Shown: positions 30,696 to 41,733, numbered from the stretch's first letter. The stretch: 44,792 nucleotides of DNA from Nitrospirota bacterium (GCA_035623825.1 DASPSR010000016.1:1-44792); one strand, 5' to 3'. The notes: generated by a model from the letters alone, not told the origin. A program made the numbers and translations.

Positions 30696-31817
30696 ATGAA
30701 CGAATCGAACATCCGCAGATTTCTCAAGCCAAGCATCAACTGGCTGGCAATTTTCATCCCCATCGCCTTTCTCATGGGGTATGTACCAGCCCTGCATAAT
30801 AAATTGTGGTTGTTCGTAACGGCCTGTCTGGCGATGGTTGTCTGTTCGGCTTGGATCGCAAATTCCACCGATAGCCTTGCCGACGTGGTGGGGCCCACGT
30901 GGGGCGGCATGATGAACGCAGCGTTCGGCAATCTGCCGGAACTCATCTTCGGCCTCATCGCGGTTTCCAAAGGGCTTGGCGATCTGGCGAAGGCCGCCTG
31001 GGTCGGATCCGTCATCGGCAATGTGCTGACCGTAATCGGCGGGGCAATGCTTGTTGCAGGCCTCAAGTACGGCACCGTGAAATTTCCGGCGAAGCCCGCC
31101 ATCGATTCCTGCAACAACCTGATTCTGGCGGTGCTCGGCATGTTCTTGCCGAGCATCTATATCGGCGCCCTGATCCTGACCAACAAGTCGGAATCTAGCG
31201 CCAACTATACCGAGCAAATTTCTCTCTCCGTGGCGGCCTTGTTGCTGCTGATGTACGTCGCGTCTTTGATATTCACATTCACGCGGTCTCGGTCCGAAGC
31301 CGCCCGCCATCCGGTGGCGAAACAGGCCGGCGAGGCTGCTCCGAAATTAAGCCCCGGTACGCTGGCAGCCATGGGCGTTCTGGCCCTGTCCAGCGTGCTG
31401 ATCTCCTTCCTCTCAGATTTCGTGACCGATTCCGTTGATACGGTTAAATCTACCTTTGGCCTGACTGATTTGTTCATCGGCATCGTTGTGATCGGCACCA
31501 TCGGTAACGTCTCGGCCATATGGAGTGCCATCCAGGCGGCCCTCAAGAACAAGATGGAACTTGCTTATGAGATCGGCATGAGCGCCGGCACGCAGATCAT
31601 CCTGCTGGTGGTGCCAGTGCTGGTGTTCGCGTCGCGGCTTTTCGGCCATCCGGTGGATCTCCACTTCAGCAACGCTGAGCTGGCGGCACTGTTCGGCGGT
31701 GCGGTACTGGTGAGCCGCACATCCAACGTCGGGGAAACCGACTGGCTCAGCGGCCTCCAGCTGTTGATCATGTTTGCTCTTATCGGTGCGCTGTTCTTCT
31801 TCCTGCCGGGAGCCTGA
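30696..31817 (+). CDS. cax: Ca2+/H+ exchanger-like protein (CaCA/CAX family)
   Basis: Multi-TM protein; alpha-1 NAAFGNLPELI, IGNVL, KNKMELA, QIILLVVP. Confidence 0.85.
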   Translation: MNESNIRRFLKPSINWLAIFIPIAFLMGYVPALHNKLWLFVTACLAMVVCSAWIANSTDSLADVVGPTWGGMMNAAFGNLPELIFGLIAVSKGLGDLAKAAWVGSVIGNVLTVIGGAMLVAGLKYGTVKFPAKPAIDSCNNLILAVLGMFLPSIYIGALILTNKSESSANYTEQISLSVAALLLLMYVASLIFTFTRSRSEAARHPVAKQAGEAAPKLSPGTLAAMGVLALSSVLISFLSDFVTDSVDTVKSTFGLTDLFIGIVVIGTIGNVSAIWSAIQAALKNKMELAYEIGMSAGTQIILLVVPVLVFASRLFGHPVDLHFSNAELAALFGGAVLVSRTSNVGETDWLSGLQLLIMFALIGALFFFLPGA

Positions 31818-32028
31818 TCAGTAGTGTCTCATAAAGGAGGAACGTCCGTACTAGCGTTCAATTCATGCAGAAAAGGTGATGTGATGATGTCAAAACGAAC
31901 ATTGACGCAACAAGACCTGCGTATTATCCTAGAAAACATAAAACAACTTTAACCGCCTTAATTCTTCTTCCGACAATTAAGAAATCATAATATTGTTCTT
32001 TCGATCTCCGCCTTTAATACCGTGTTTC

Positions 32029-32856
32029 TCAGAGCTTTCTTATCCCGTTTTTGCATATAGGCTCTTTATTCTCTATTCTCCTTTTGAGAATGGCTAGATT
32101 GTGCTTGTACTTTTCATTTTCAAAACTCCACGATGATTTATGCCAGAGATGGAATATGATGGCGAGCGCCCGAACCGATCTGATCTGTTTGCCTTGGTTC
32201 AGCACACGGATGCCTAGGTCGTTATCTTCAATGGAACCGTCCAGAAAATCCTCATCGCATCCGTTAACGGCGATAAAAAGGTCTTTATACAGGCTGAAGT
32301 TGCAGCCCCAGACACCGTCATCAGCGATTCTATCCCGATGTGTAAGGCGCCTGAGGTACTGGTTCTTGAACATGATCGCCTCATCCACTTTTCGGGACCT
32401 CTTCATGAAAGCATCCCAGAGAAGTCTAATGTTTAATGAGTTCAGGACCGTACCATTAGCCAGGAGCTGCTCGGTCAGTTCCCTGCCGATCTCGACCCTT
32501 TTACCGCTCAGGATTGCGTCAGGGCTACTCTTTTCCACGTGAGACCGGATAAAATGCCTATGTGCCATGCAATCGCCATCGATGAAAACCAGATAGTCTC
32601 CAGTGGATTGACGTACTGCTTCATTCAGTATTTTGGGTTTTCTGAAGCCGATATCCTCGTGCCAGACATGATTTATCGGAAAGGCATGCTTGAGTTTCTG
32701 CCGCATGTCGATAACAGTTTCGCGTGTTTCCGTTGTGCTGCCGTCGTCGGCGATCAAGACCTCGTATGGCATGATGCTTTGTGACGCAAGGCTCAATAAA
32801 CAGAGCTTGAGTGCCTGGGGACGGTTATAGGTCGGAACGATTACGGATATCTTCAT
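32029..32856 (-). CDS. Glycosyltransferase family 2
   Basis: SVIVPTYNRP, ADDGS, FIDGD, GCNFS, EDNDL. Confidence 0.92.
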   Translation of the reverse strand: MKISVIVPTYNRPQALKLCLLSLASQSIMPYEVLIADDGSTTETRETVIDMRQKLKHAFPINHVWHEDIGFRKPKILNEAVRQSTGDYLVFIDGDCMAHRHFIRSHVEKSSPDAILSGKRVEIGRELTEQLLANGTVLNSLNIRLLWDAFMKRSRKVDEAIMFKNQYLRRLTHRDRIADDGVWGCNFSLYKDLFIAVNGCDEDFLDGSIEDNDLGIRVLNQGKQIRSVRALAIIFHLWHKSSWSFENEKYKHNLAILKRRIENKEPICKNGIRKL

Positions 32857-32891
32857 GCAGTGGAATTCTCGTGACTAGATATTAAGCGACA

Positions 32892-33800
32892 TCAAAGGGA
32901 TTCTGGTACGGCTGCAGCAGGGACTATCTTACTCCGGACAATGTCCGTTCCATATCTTTCCGCATGATACGAACTCCTGATAAGCGGCCCAGCCACAACA
33001 TTAAGAAAGCCCATTGCTAAGGCATTGTTCCGGAGCTCTGTGAATTCATCGGGATGATAGTATTTTTCTACCGGGAGATATTTTCTTGACGGTTGGAGAT
33101 ACTGGCCGAGCGTCAAGATAGTACATCCTCTATTGCGGAGGTCCCCCATCACTCTGTGGACCTCATCAAGGCTCTCCCCCAACCCGAGCATGAGCCCGCT
33201 TTTCGTTACAGCCCCGAATGTTTCAGCACGTGAAAGCACTTCAAGAGATCGACGGTAATCCGCCTGCGGCCTCACGCGAGAATAGAGAGACGGTACTGTC
33301 TCCATATTGTGGCCCAGGACATCTGGATTTGCGTCAAGAACTGTTCTGAGAGAAGACTCGGAACCTTGGAAGTCAGGAATCAGGACCTCCACCTGGCAAC
33401 CTGGTGATTTTTCGCGGATGGCATCGATTGTCCCTGCAAAGACCCTGGCGCCTCCATCCTCCAGATCGTCCCTCGTAACCGAAGTAACTACTGCGTACTT
33501 GAGTCGCAAGGCTACTACGGCCTCGGCAACGCGACCCGGCTCATCCCCGTCAAGTCCTTCCGGTTTTCCCTTCGTTACATTGCAGAACCTGCACTCCCTG
33601 GAGCAAACATTCCCGAGGATCATGAACGTGGCCGTACCAGCATTCCAGCACTCTGTCCGGTTCGGGCATGCCGCACTCTGGCACACAGTGTGAAGATCAT
33701 TTGTTCTGATCTTGTTTCGTACCAGCGTAAACTGATCACTAGCGGTGTGGCGGGCCTTGAACCATGGCGGGAGCCTTCCCCGTTTCTCACGCGCCTGCAT
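32892..33800 (-). CDS. lipA: Lipoyl synthase
   Basis: CX4CX5C (CQSAACPNRTEC), CX3CX2C (CSRECRFC), RSSY. Confidence 0.96.
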   Translation of the reverse strand: MQAREKRGRLPPWFKARHTASDQFTLVRNKIRTNDLHTVCQSAACPNRTECWNAGTATFMILGNVCSRECRFCNVTKGKPEGLDGDEPGRVAEAVVALRLKYAVVTSVTRDDLEDGGARVFAGTIDAIREKSPGCQVEVLIPDFQGSESSLRTVLDANPDVLGHNMETVPSLYSRVRPQADYRRSLEVLSRAETFGAVTKSGLMLGLGESLDEVHRVMGDLRNRGCTILTLGQYLQPSRKYLPVEKYYHPDEFTELRNNALAMGFLNVVAGPLIRSSYHAERYGTDIVRSKIVPAAAVPESL

Positions 33801-36246
33801 TGCCGTTCTCTTTGAGTGCGTTCTTGATCACTTCGTCGATGGTGTCGACGAAGATGAAGTTCATCTCCTTGCGCAGGTCCTCGGGCACGTCCTCGAGGTC
33901 GTTCTTGTTCTTTTCCGGGAGGATCACGGTCTTGATCCCTGCCCGCTTGGCCGCGAGCACCTTTTCCTTCACGCCTCCGATCGGCATGACTTTCCCACGA
34001 AGCGTGATTTCGCCGGTCATGGCGACATCGTGTTTGGCGAGTTTCCCCGTCAGCATGGACACGATCGCCGTGGTCATGGTGACTCCGGCGGACGGCCCGT
34101 CCTTGGGTATGGCGCCTGCCGGGACATGAATGTGGATATCGGTCTTCTCGAAGAAATCCTTCTTGATCCCCAGGGCCTCGGCTTGTGAACGAACATACGA
34201 AAGCGCGGCTTGCGCTGATTCCTTCATCACATCTCCAAGCTGTCCGGTGAGAGTCAACTGCTTGTTCCCCGGCATCTTTGTCGCTTCAACAAAGAGGATG
34301 TCCCCTCCCGTTGGAGTCCAGGCCAGTCCGGTTACCACACCAGGCCGGTCGATCATGATGGCCGTTTCGGCGAAGAACCTTGGATTCCCGAGGTACTCGT
34401 GAAGGTCCCCTGCCCTGACCGTCATGGGGGCGGGTTTTCCTTCGGCTATGTATTTCGCCACCTTACGACAGACGTTCGCAATTTCGCGTTCGAGGTTCCT
34501 TACACCCGCCTCACGCGTGTACTCCTTGATGATCCCCCTGAGAGCATCCTCCTCGATAACGATCTCTTCTGGCTTGAGAGCGTTCGCTTTGATCTCCTTG
34601 GGGATGAGATACTTTTGGGCGATCTTCAGTTTTTCGTGTTCGGTATATCCGGGAAGTTGGAGCACCTCCATGCGGTCAAGCAGCGGCGGCGGTATGGTTT
34701 CGAGCTGGTTCGCCGTGGTAATGAACATGACCTTGGAGAGATCGAACGGTACGTCGAGATAGTTGTCCCTGAAGTCTTTGTTCTGCTCGGGATCAAGCAC
34801 TTCAAGGAGCGCCGACGATGGGTCACCGCGCCAGTCCGCGCCAATCTTATCAACCTCGTCAAGCATTATCACCGGATCCCTCGTTTCAACCCGCTTGAGG
34901 GCTTGGATGATGCGGCCCGGCAAAGCTCCGATATAGGTCCGCCGATGACCGCGGATTTCCGCTTCATCGTGCAATCCGCCGAGCGACTGCCTCATGAACT
35001 TCCTGCCCAGCGCGCGCGCGATGGATTGTCCCAGCGATGTCTTGCCGACTCCCGGGGGACCGACAAAACAGAGGATGGGCTCGCGCGTCTTTATGCCCTC
35101 TTGAGCGCCGCGTTCCTCACCAAGTTTCTTCACGGACAGATATTCCAGAATGCGGTTCTTGACCTTTTCTAGGTCGTAGTGGTCTTCATCAAGCGTGGCC
35201 TTGGCCTTTGCGATATCGATTTGAGTTGCCGTTGTCTTGTTCCACGGGAGGATCGTCATCCATTCGAGATATGTACGGATAACCGAATATTCAGGCGACG
35301 CGGCAGACAGCTTCTCCATGCGTCCAAGCTCCCGTTTGGCCTCTTTTTCGGCCTCAGCCGGCAGTTTGGCCTGCTCGATCTTCTCGCGAAGGTTCTTGAT
35401 CTCAGAACCCTCGTCCGTTTCCTCGCCTAATTCCTTGCGTATGGCTGAGAGCTGCTGCCTTAGGAGATATTCCCTTTCAGCCTTCTGCATCTGGTCGCGG
35501 GCCTGACCCTGGATCTTCCTGCCGAGTTCGAGCACTTCCACCTCACGGTTGAGGTACTGCATGATCTTGGCTAGTTTGTCGTGGACGGAGACGTTTTCGA
35601 GTATTTCCTGCCGCTGCACCAGATCGAGCCGGATGTTGGTTGCGACAAGGTACGCAAGCTGGCGAGGGTCTTCGACGTTGAGAGCTGCAGAGGAAAGCTC
35701 TTCCGGCATGTTCGGCGTGAGCGACACCATCTTCTGGAAGACATCAGAAACGCCCCGCATAAGGGCTTCGAGTTCCACAGTCTTCTCCACGTTGTCAGGT
35801 AGAGCTTTGACCTTAGCCCTGATATATGGTTCTGTCTGCGAAAACTCCGAAATGCTGATACGCTCAATCCCCTGGACAAGCACCCGGAGCGTGCCGTCCG
35901 GTATTTTCACCATCTGGAGTATCCGCGCCATGGTCCCGATGCTATAGATGTCTTTGAGTCCCGACACCTCAATGTCGACTTTTTTCTGGGCCGTCAAGCC
36001 CAGAATCTTGTCGCCCATGGTCACATCGTTGATAAGCTTAACTGACTTTTCCTTGCCGATCACCAGAGGATAAACCGTCAGTGGATACACGACAGTATCC
36101 TTTAGCGGCAGCAATGGCAGTTCCGCAGGCACCGGTGGTATTTTTTCCGTATTGGTATCCACTTCCACAGTTTCCATAGTTGTACTCCCAGTCTGTTTTT
36201 TAAAGAGTTTCGTTAAGAGACCTGAATATTTCGATTTGTTTGCCAT
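33787..36246 (-). CDS. lon: ATP-dependent Lon protease
   Basis: Lon N-domain, GPPGVGKTS, LDEVDK, PKDGPSAG. Confidence 0.97.
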   Translation of the reverse strand: MANKSKYSGLLTKLFKKQTGSTTMETVEVDTNTEKIPPVPAELPLLPLKDTVVYPLTVYPLVIGKEKSVKLINDVTMGDKILGLTAQKKVDIEVSGLKDIYSIGTMARILQMVKIPDGTLRVLVQGIERISISEFSQTEPYIRAKVKALPDNVEKTVELEALMRGVSDVFQKMVSLTPNMPEELSSAALNVEDPRQLAYLVATNIRLDLVQRQEILENVSVHDKLAKIMQYLNREVEVLELGRKIQGQARDQMQKAEREYLLRQQLSAIRKELGEETDEGSEIKNLREKIEQAKLPAEAEKEAKRELGRMEKLSAASPEYSVIRTYLEWMTILPWNKTTATQIDIAKAKATLDEDHYDLEKVKNRILEYLSVKKLGEERGAQEGIKTREPILCFVGPPGVGKTSLGQSIARALGRKFMRQSLGGLHDEAEIRGHRRTYIGALPGRIIQALKRVETRDPVIMLDEVDKIGADWRGDPSSALLEVLDPEQNKDFRDNYLDVPFDLSKVMFITTANQLETIPPPLLDRMEVLQLPGYTEHEKLKIAQKYLIPKEIKANALKPEEIVIEEDALRGIIKEYTREAGVRNLEREIANVCRKVAKYIAEGKPAPMTVRAGDLHEYLGNPRFFAETAIMIDRPGVVTGLAWTPTGGDILFVEATKMPGNKQLTLTGQLGDVMKESAQAALSYVRSQAEALGIKKDFFEKTDIHIHVPAGAIPKDGPSAGVTMTTAIVSMLTGKLAKHDVAMTGEITLRGKVMPIGGVKEKVLAAKRAGIKTVILPEKNKNDLEDVPEDLRKEMNFIFVDTIDEVIKNALKENGNAGA

Positions 36247-36255
36247 TTATGAGCA

Positions 36256-36657
36256 TTAACCACGTTTCTTGAGGATGATCTTGAGCAAACCGTTTTTATA
36301 TTCAGCGGTCACATTGTCCTGGTCAACGGGGTTTGAAACCACGACCTCTGACCGGAAATCTCCATACTTGATGCCGAGCTGATGACATGCGTTCATTTCC
36401 GACAGGATGGGTTGTCCCCTCCTCCCTTCAACGACCAGAAGGTCGCTGAAAAGTGTGACCATCATGTCGTCTTCAGCGACGCCGGCAATCTCTATCACGA
36501 CGATGATCTCATCGGGGGTTTCATAGACGTCGGTAGGGGGGCGCCAAACAATCGTTGACGGCATCGGCCATGATCCGAATGAGTCCCAGACGTTTTGGAA
36601 GGTAGCATCGGGGCGCGTCCTTCGAGTATATTTATAGGCAATGTATCTGTAGCGCAC
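36256..36657 (-). CDS. Hsp20/alpha-crystallin small heat-shock protein
   Basis: WRPPTDVYET, EIAGV, AEYKNGLLKI; GTG start with GGAG. Confidence 0.88.
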   Translation of the reverse strand: MRYRYIAYKYTRRTRPDATFQNVWDSFGSWPMPSTIVWRPPTDVYETPDEIIVVIEIAGVAEDDMMVTLFSDLLVVEGRRGQPILSEMNACHQLGIKYGDFRSEVVVSNPVDQDNVTAEYKNGLLKIILKKRG

Positions 36658-37085
36658 TTGGCGTTTCTCCTTTCATTGACCAAGTATACCTATGATCCTG
36701 ACATAATTATAGCTTTTTTCAGGGGTAAATAATATTAAAAGGATGAGCAATCAAGAATAATAGCAGGATAACAGATGCTGTATTGAATGTCAAAAATAAT
36801 GCTGTATTTTGTTATATTACAGATTGGCTTACTGATTGTTGCCATGATTGCAATGTTAATAGATGCGTAATTCATAAAAAAAAATTTGCAACTTTCTGGA
36901 CAATCGCAATTTTGTCTGCTATATTTGAATTTGATTTAAGCATCAGCTTCCTTCATAAGAATATAATCTAACCTTCATGTTCCGCTTTCCATATCGAATC
37001 AATTCTGGGTAATTTCTCGACCTCTCACCCACAAAGATGAGGTCGAACAAACATTTTGTCTCCATAAAACTAAAGGAGGATTGCT

Positions 37086-40000
37086 ATGGCCGTATCGAGA
37101 CGCGATTTTCTCAAGATTTCCGGCAGTACCATGGTGCTTGGCTCTCTGGGCGTGAACCTTGGCCCTGCAAAGGCCTATGCTCAAGGCCTCAGGATCCAGA
37201 ACGCCAAACAGACCTATACTGTCTGCCCGTACTGCTCGGTAGGGTGCGGCATCATCGTCCACACGAAGGATGGCAAGGTTGTGAATACTGAAGGCGACCC
37301 GGATCACCCCATCAACGAAGGGACGCTTTGCTCTAAGGGGGCATCGCTTTACCAGATCATTAACAATGACAAGCGTGTGCTCAAGCCGAGATACCGCGCC
37401 GCACGATCAACGGAATGGAAGGAGGTGGAATGGGAGTGGGCGCTCGACGAGATAGCGAAAAGAGTGAAAGACACACGCGACAAGACTTTCAAGATCACTT
37501 CCAAATCCAAGATAAAAGAAAAGGCAGCCGACGGCAGCGAAAAAGAAGTAGAGAAAGACTTTGTCGTTAATAGGACCGACGCCATTGCCCATGTTGGGAG
37601 CGCGGCTCTCGATAATGAGGAGTGCTACATGCTCCAGAAGCTCATGCGCTCCTGGGGTCTTGTATATATAGAACACCAGGCGCGCATCTGACATTCCGCT
37701 ACTGTAGCGGCTCTGGGAGAGTCGTTCGGACGCGGTGCAATGACGAACCACTGGATCGATATTCGAAATGCCGATGTAATTCTCGTCATGGGAAGCAACC
37801 CCGCTTCAAATCATCCAATTTCCATGAAATGGATCATGAGGGCCAAAGAGCGAGGAGCCAAGCTTATCGTTGTGGATCCCCGCTTCACTCAGACCGCTGC
37901 AAAAGCGGATCTCTACGCCCCTATGCGATCGGGCTCGGACATAGCGTTCCTCGGAGGTATGATCAAATACATTATCGACAACAATCTGTACTTCAGGGAG
38001 TATGTTGTCGATTATACGAACGCCTCCTTCCTGGTGAATCCAGACTATAAGGGGCCGGCAGAATTGAACGGCCTGTTTTCCGGTTATGATGAAAAGACTA
38101 GAAAGTATGATAAAAAGACCTGGTCTTTTCAGCTGGACGAGAATGGCAGCCCCAAAAAGGACCCATCACTCAAGGATCCGAACTGCGTGTTCCAGCTTCT
38201 CAAGAAACACTATGCCCGATATACGCCGGACACGGCGTCGTCGATCACCGGTACACCAAAGGACAAGCTTCTTGAGGTGTATAAGATCTACTCATCCACG
38301 GGCAAGCCGAACCGGGCCGGGACCGAGCTCTACGCAATGGGCTGGACCCAGCATACGATCGGGACGCAGAATATCCGTGCAATGACCATCATTCAGCTTC
38401 TTCTGGGCAACATGGGCAGAGCTGGAAGCGGAATCAATGCTCTCCGGGGTGAATCGAATGTTCAGGGATCGACGGACCACGGTCTTCTCTTCAATACTCT
38501 GACTGGATATCTGCCAACACCCATGGGGCCTCTCGCGGATCTCAAGTCCTACATCGAGAAATACACGCCCAAGACCAAGGAACCTAAGAGCGTAAACTGG
38601 TGGTCAAACCGAGGAAAATACATTACAAGCTACCTCAAGGCCATCTACGGCCCAAGCGCCACTAAGGATAACGACTTCGCTTACGCTTATCTCCCTAAGC
38701 TCGACGAGGGCATGAATGCGTCGTGGTTGAACCTGTTCTTCCGTATGTGGCAGGGCAAGACCGAAGGGTTCTTCGCTTGGGGTCAGAATCCGGCGTGCTG
38801 TACCCCAGCGGCCAAGTATGTCCGGGACGCTCTCGGGAAGCTGAAGTGGATGGTGACCGTGAACCTCTTTGACAACGAGACTGCATCTTTCTGGAGGGGC
38901 CCTGGCATGAACCCGAAGGATATCCAGACCGAGGTGTTCTTTCTGCCCGCATCCTCGTCTGTGGAAAAGGAAGGAAGCATCTCTAATTCAGGAAGGTGGG
39001 CGCAGTGGCGGTATAAAGCGATCGAGCCCATCGGTCATTCCAAGCCTGACTCGGACATCATGAATGAGCTTTACTTCCGGGTTAAGAACCTGTACCAGAA
39101 AAATGGAGGCAAGTTCCCCGAACCTATCGTAAAGTTGACCTGGAACTACGGTGAAAGGGACGCCAATGGCAAGGTCAAGGAAATAAATGTTCACAACGTG
39201 GCTAAGGAGATAAACGGCTACTATCTCGAGGACGTGTACGACAAGACCGCAACTCCACCGAAACTGCTCGGGAAAAAGGGCGATCTCTGCGCTTCCTTTG
39301 TGCACCTGCAGGCGGACGGCAGCACGTCGTGCGGCAATTGGATCTATTCTCAAAGCTACACACAAAAGGAAGGCAAGGTCATCAACATGATGGCGCGACG
39401 CGGCAAGAATGATCCTACTGGCCTTGGCCTGTATCCGGAGTGGACTTGGGCGTGGCCGGTCAATAGACGGATCCTATATAACCGTGCCGACGTGGACCCC
39501 AATGGAAAGCCCTGGGATCCCAAGCGGGCCGTCATCAAGTGGGATCCAGTAAAGGAGGACCCAGTGAGCAAGAAGCCAGGCACTTGGGTCGGTGACGTGC
39601 CTGACGGGCCTGCGCCACCCATGGCCACGGAGAAGGGCAAATTGCCTTTCATTATGATGGCGAGCGGAGTGGGCGCTATCTTCGGACCAGGACTGGCTGA
39701 CGGCCCCTTCCCTGAGCACTATGAATCCCTGGAGTGTCCGCTGGAGAATAATCCCCTTTCAAAGCAGCGCATGAATCCGGCAGTGAGCCTCAAAATCCAG
39801 CAGGAAGTTGGCATTGACATTTCCAAGTACTATTCCTGCGATGTGCGTTACCCGCTTGTGGCGACGACATACCGGGTTTCCGAACACTGGCAGACGGGCG
39901 TCATGACACGTCACGAGCCGTGGCAACTGGAGATGCAGCCGCAGGTCTTTGTTGAAATGAGCAAGGAACTAGCAGCGCAAAAAGGGATAAAAAACGGCGA

Positions 40001-40247
40001 AAAGGTAACTGTGTCATCGGCCCGCGGTGAGATCTGGGCCGTCGCGATAATCACCGACCGCTTCAGACCATTCAAGGTCATGGGGACCACAGTGCACCAG
40101 GTCGGTTTACCCTGGCACTTCGGGTGGCAGTATCCCGAGGACGGAAGCGGAGGCGATTCGGCCAACATCCTGACCCCGTTCATCGGTGACGCGAACACCA
40201 TGATCCCTGAATCCAAAGCGTTCATGGTGAACGTCAAGAAAGCCTAA
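37086..40247 (+). CDS. fdnG: Formate dehydrogenase-N alpha subunit, selenocysteine-containing (UGA at 37689-37691)
   Basis: Tat motif SRRDFLK, CPYCSVGC..C cluster; EHQARI-U-HSATVAALGESFGRGAMTN joins ORFs 37086-37691 and 37740-40247 in frame (1053 aa). Confidence 0.95.
37707..37725 (+). promoter_or_regulatory. Bacterial SECIS element
   Basis: Stem GCGGCTC/GAGTCGT with G-rich apical loop TGGGA, 23-27 nt after the UGA. Confidence 0.75.
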
Positions 40248-40258
40248 GGAGGAAAACC

Positions 40259-41032
40259 ATGGCGGACATACCGAATAAGAACGGTCGGAAGGCAATCCTC
40301 GTTACGCCTGAGGTCTGTATAGGCTGCCGGGGATGCCAGACGGCCTGTAAATCCTGGAATCAACTTCCGGGCATCAGTACCAAGAACTCCGGAAGCATGC
40401 AGAACCCGCCGGACCTTGCGCCCTATACTTACAACATCATCAGATTCAGCGAGCTTCCGTCGGAGACCAATCCGGTTCGCTGGCTCTTCATAAGCCGCCG
40501 CTGCATGCACTGCGACGATGCAGGGTGCATGAAGATCTGTCCTGCTCCAGGCGCTCTCTACAAGACGAAGGAAGGGGCTGTCGCCTTCAACCAGGACAAA
40601 TGCATCGGGTGCAGGCTCTGCGTGGTAGGCTGTCCTTTCGATGTGCCACGATACAATGAGAACAACAAGATCCAGAAGTGCCATCTCTGCTACGACCGGA
40701 TCGCCGAGGGGCTTCAGCCGGCATGCGCCAAGACCTGCCCTACAGGCGCCCTCAAATTCGGCGATCGGGACAAGCTCATCGAATCGGCCAAGCAGGCGGG
40801 CTACGCCAAGATCTACGGCGAGGCCGATCTGGGCGGACTCGGTTCGATCTTCGCCTTCAAGGAAGAACCGAAGATCTACGGTTATGCGGACAAGCCGAAC
40901 ATCCCCGAGAGCGTCATTTTCTGGCACACAGTGCTCAAGCCCTTTGCGGTCATCGGCCTGGGAGGTGTCGTGGCAGCGTCACTTGTGCACTACCTCGCAG
41001 TCGGCCCCCACAAGGATGAGGAGGTGAAATAA
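40259..41032 (+). CDS. fdnH: Formate dehydrogenase iron-sulfur (beta) subunit
   Basis: CIGCRGCQTAC, CMHC, CIGCRLC, CHLC..CAKTCP; C-terminal TM helix. Confidence 0.93.
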   Translation: MADIPNKNGRKAILVTPEVCIGCRGCQTACKSWNQLPGISTKNSGSMQNPPDLAPYTYNIIRFSELPSETNPVRWLFISRRCMHCDDAGCMKICPAPGALYKTKEGAVAFNQDKCIGCRLCVVGCPFDVPRYNENNKIQKCHLCYDRIAEGLQPACAKTCPTGALKFGDRDKLIESAKQAGYAKIYGEADLGGLGSIFAFKEEPKIYGYADKPNIPESVIFWHTVLKPFAVIGLGGVVAASLVHYLAVGPHKDEEVK

Positions 41033-41033
41033 C

Positions 41034-41639
41034 ATGGCAGAGATGGTGAGAAAAACAAGCGTCGGCGAGATCGTCAACCACTGGATATTGGCGGTGAGTT
41101 GTATCCTTTTGATCATAACCGGCTACGGATTCCTGTTCCAGCTCAAGCCAATCGGTAATCTGTTCGGAGGCTTCAACGCCATGAAGCTGCTGCACAACTG
41201 GGCCGGTGTTGTCTTCACACTCTCCCTTGTGGCATCCATGTTCCATTATTTGCGGGAGTCCTTGGACTTCGAACCCGATGACTGGCAGTGGATGAAGGTT
41301 GGCGGCGGGTACTTGTCACACAAGGTTAAAGTGCCGCCCATGGGGAAATACAATCCCGGGCAGAAGCTCTACTATTTGGCAATCCTCATCGCTGGAATCG
41401 CAATCGCCGCGTCCGGATTTGCTATTTGGCTTCTGCCCAACGACAGGGGTGTCAGGATCGTATCTCATCTGGTGCACAACCTGTCATTTGCCCTATTTAT
41501 CATTGCGGTGCCCGTGCATATCTATCTCGGCACACTGGCAAATCCCGGGACCTTCCGGATAATGGTGTATGGAACAGTGCCCGTCGATTTCGCCAAGAAG
41601 AAGTACCCAAAGTGGATGAAAGAAATCGATAAACAGTAG
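41034..41639 (+). CDS. fdnI: Formate dehydrogenase cytochrome b (gamma) subunit
   Basis: Four TM helices with His ligands (NHW, LHNW, VHN, VHIY); GKYNPGQK. Confidence 0.92.
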   Translation: MAEMVRKTSVGEIVNHWILAVSCILLIITGYGFLFQLKPIGNLFGGFNAMKLLHNWAGVVFTLSLVASMFHYLRESLDFEPDDWQWMKVGGGYLSHKVKVPPMGKYNPGQKLYYLAILIAGIAIAASGFAIWLLPNDRGVRIVSHLVHNLSFALFIIAVPVHIYLGTLANPGTFRIMVYGTVPVDFAKKKYPKWMKEIDKQ

Positions 41640-41660
41640 AGCGAATTGCCGCAACTAACG

Positions 41661-41695
41661 GAAAACCCCGCCCTTTTCGTAAAGGCGGGGTTTTC
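41661..41695. terminator. Bidirectional terminator between fdnI and htpX
   Basis: GAAAACCCCGCC/GGCGGGGTTTTC inverted repeat. Confidence 0.85.
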
Positions 41696-41733
41696 TGCAG
41701 TTCTCCTTATTCCGGATAGTATATTTGATGTTC

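Noticed and set aside
37689-37691. fdnG as a nonsense pseudogene or two genes
   Set aside because: The TGA is at the conserved Sec position, in frame, with a SECIS-like hairpin
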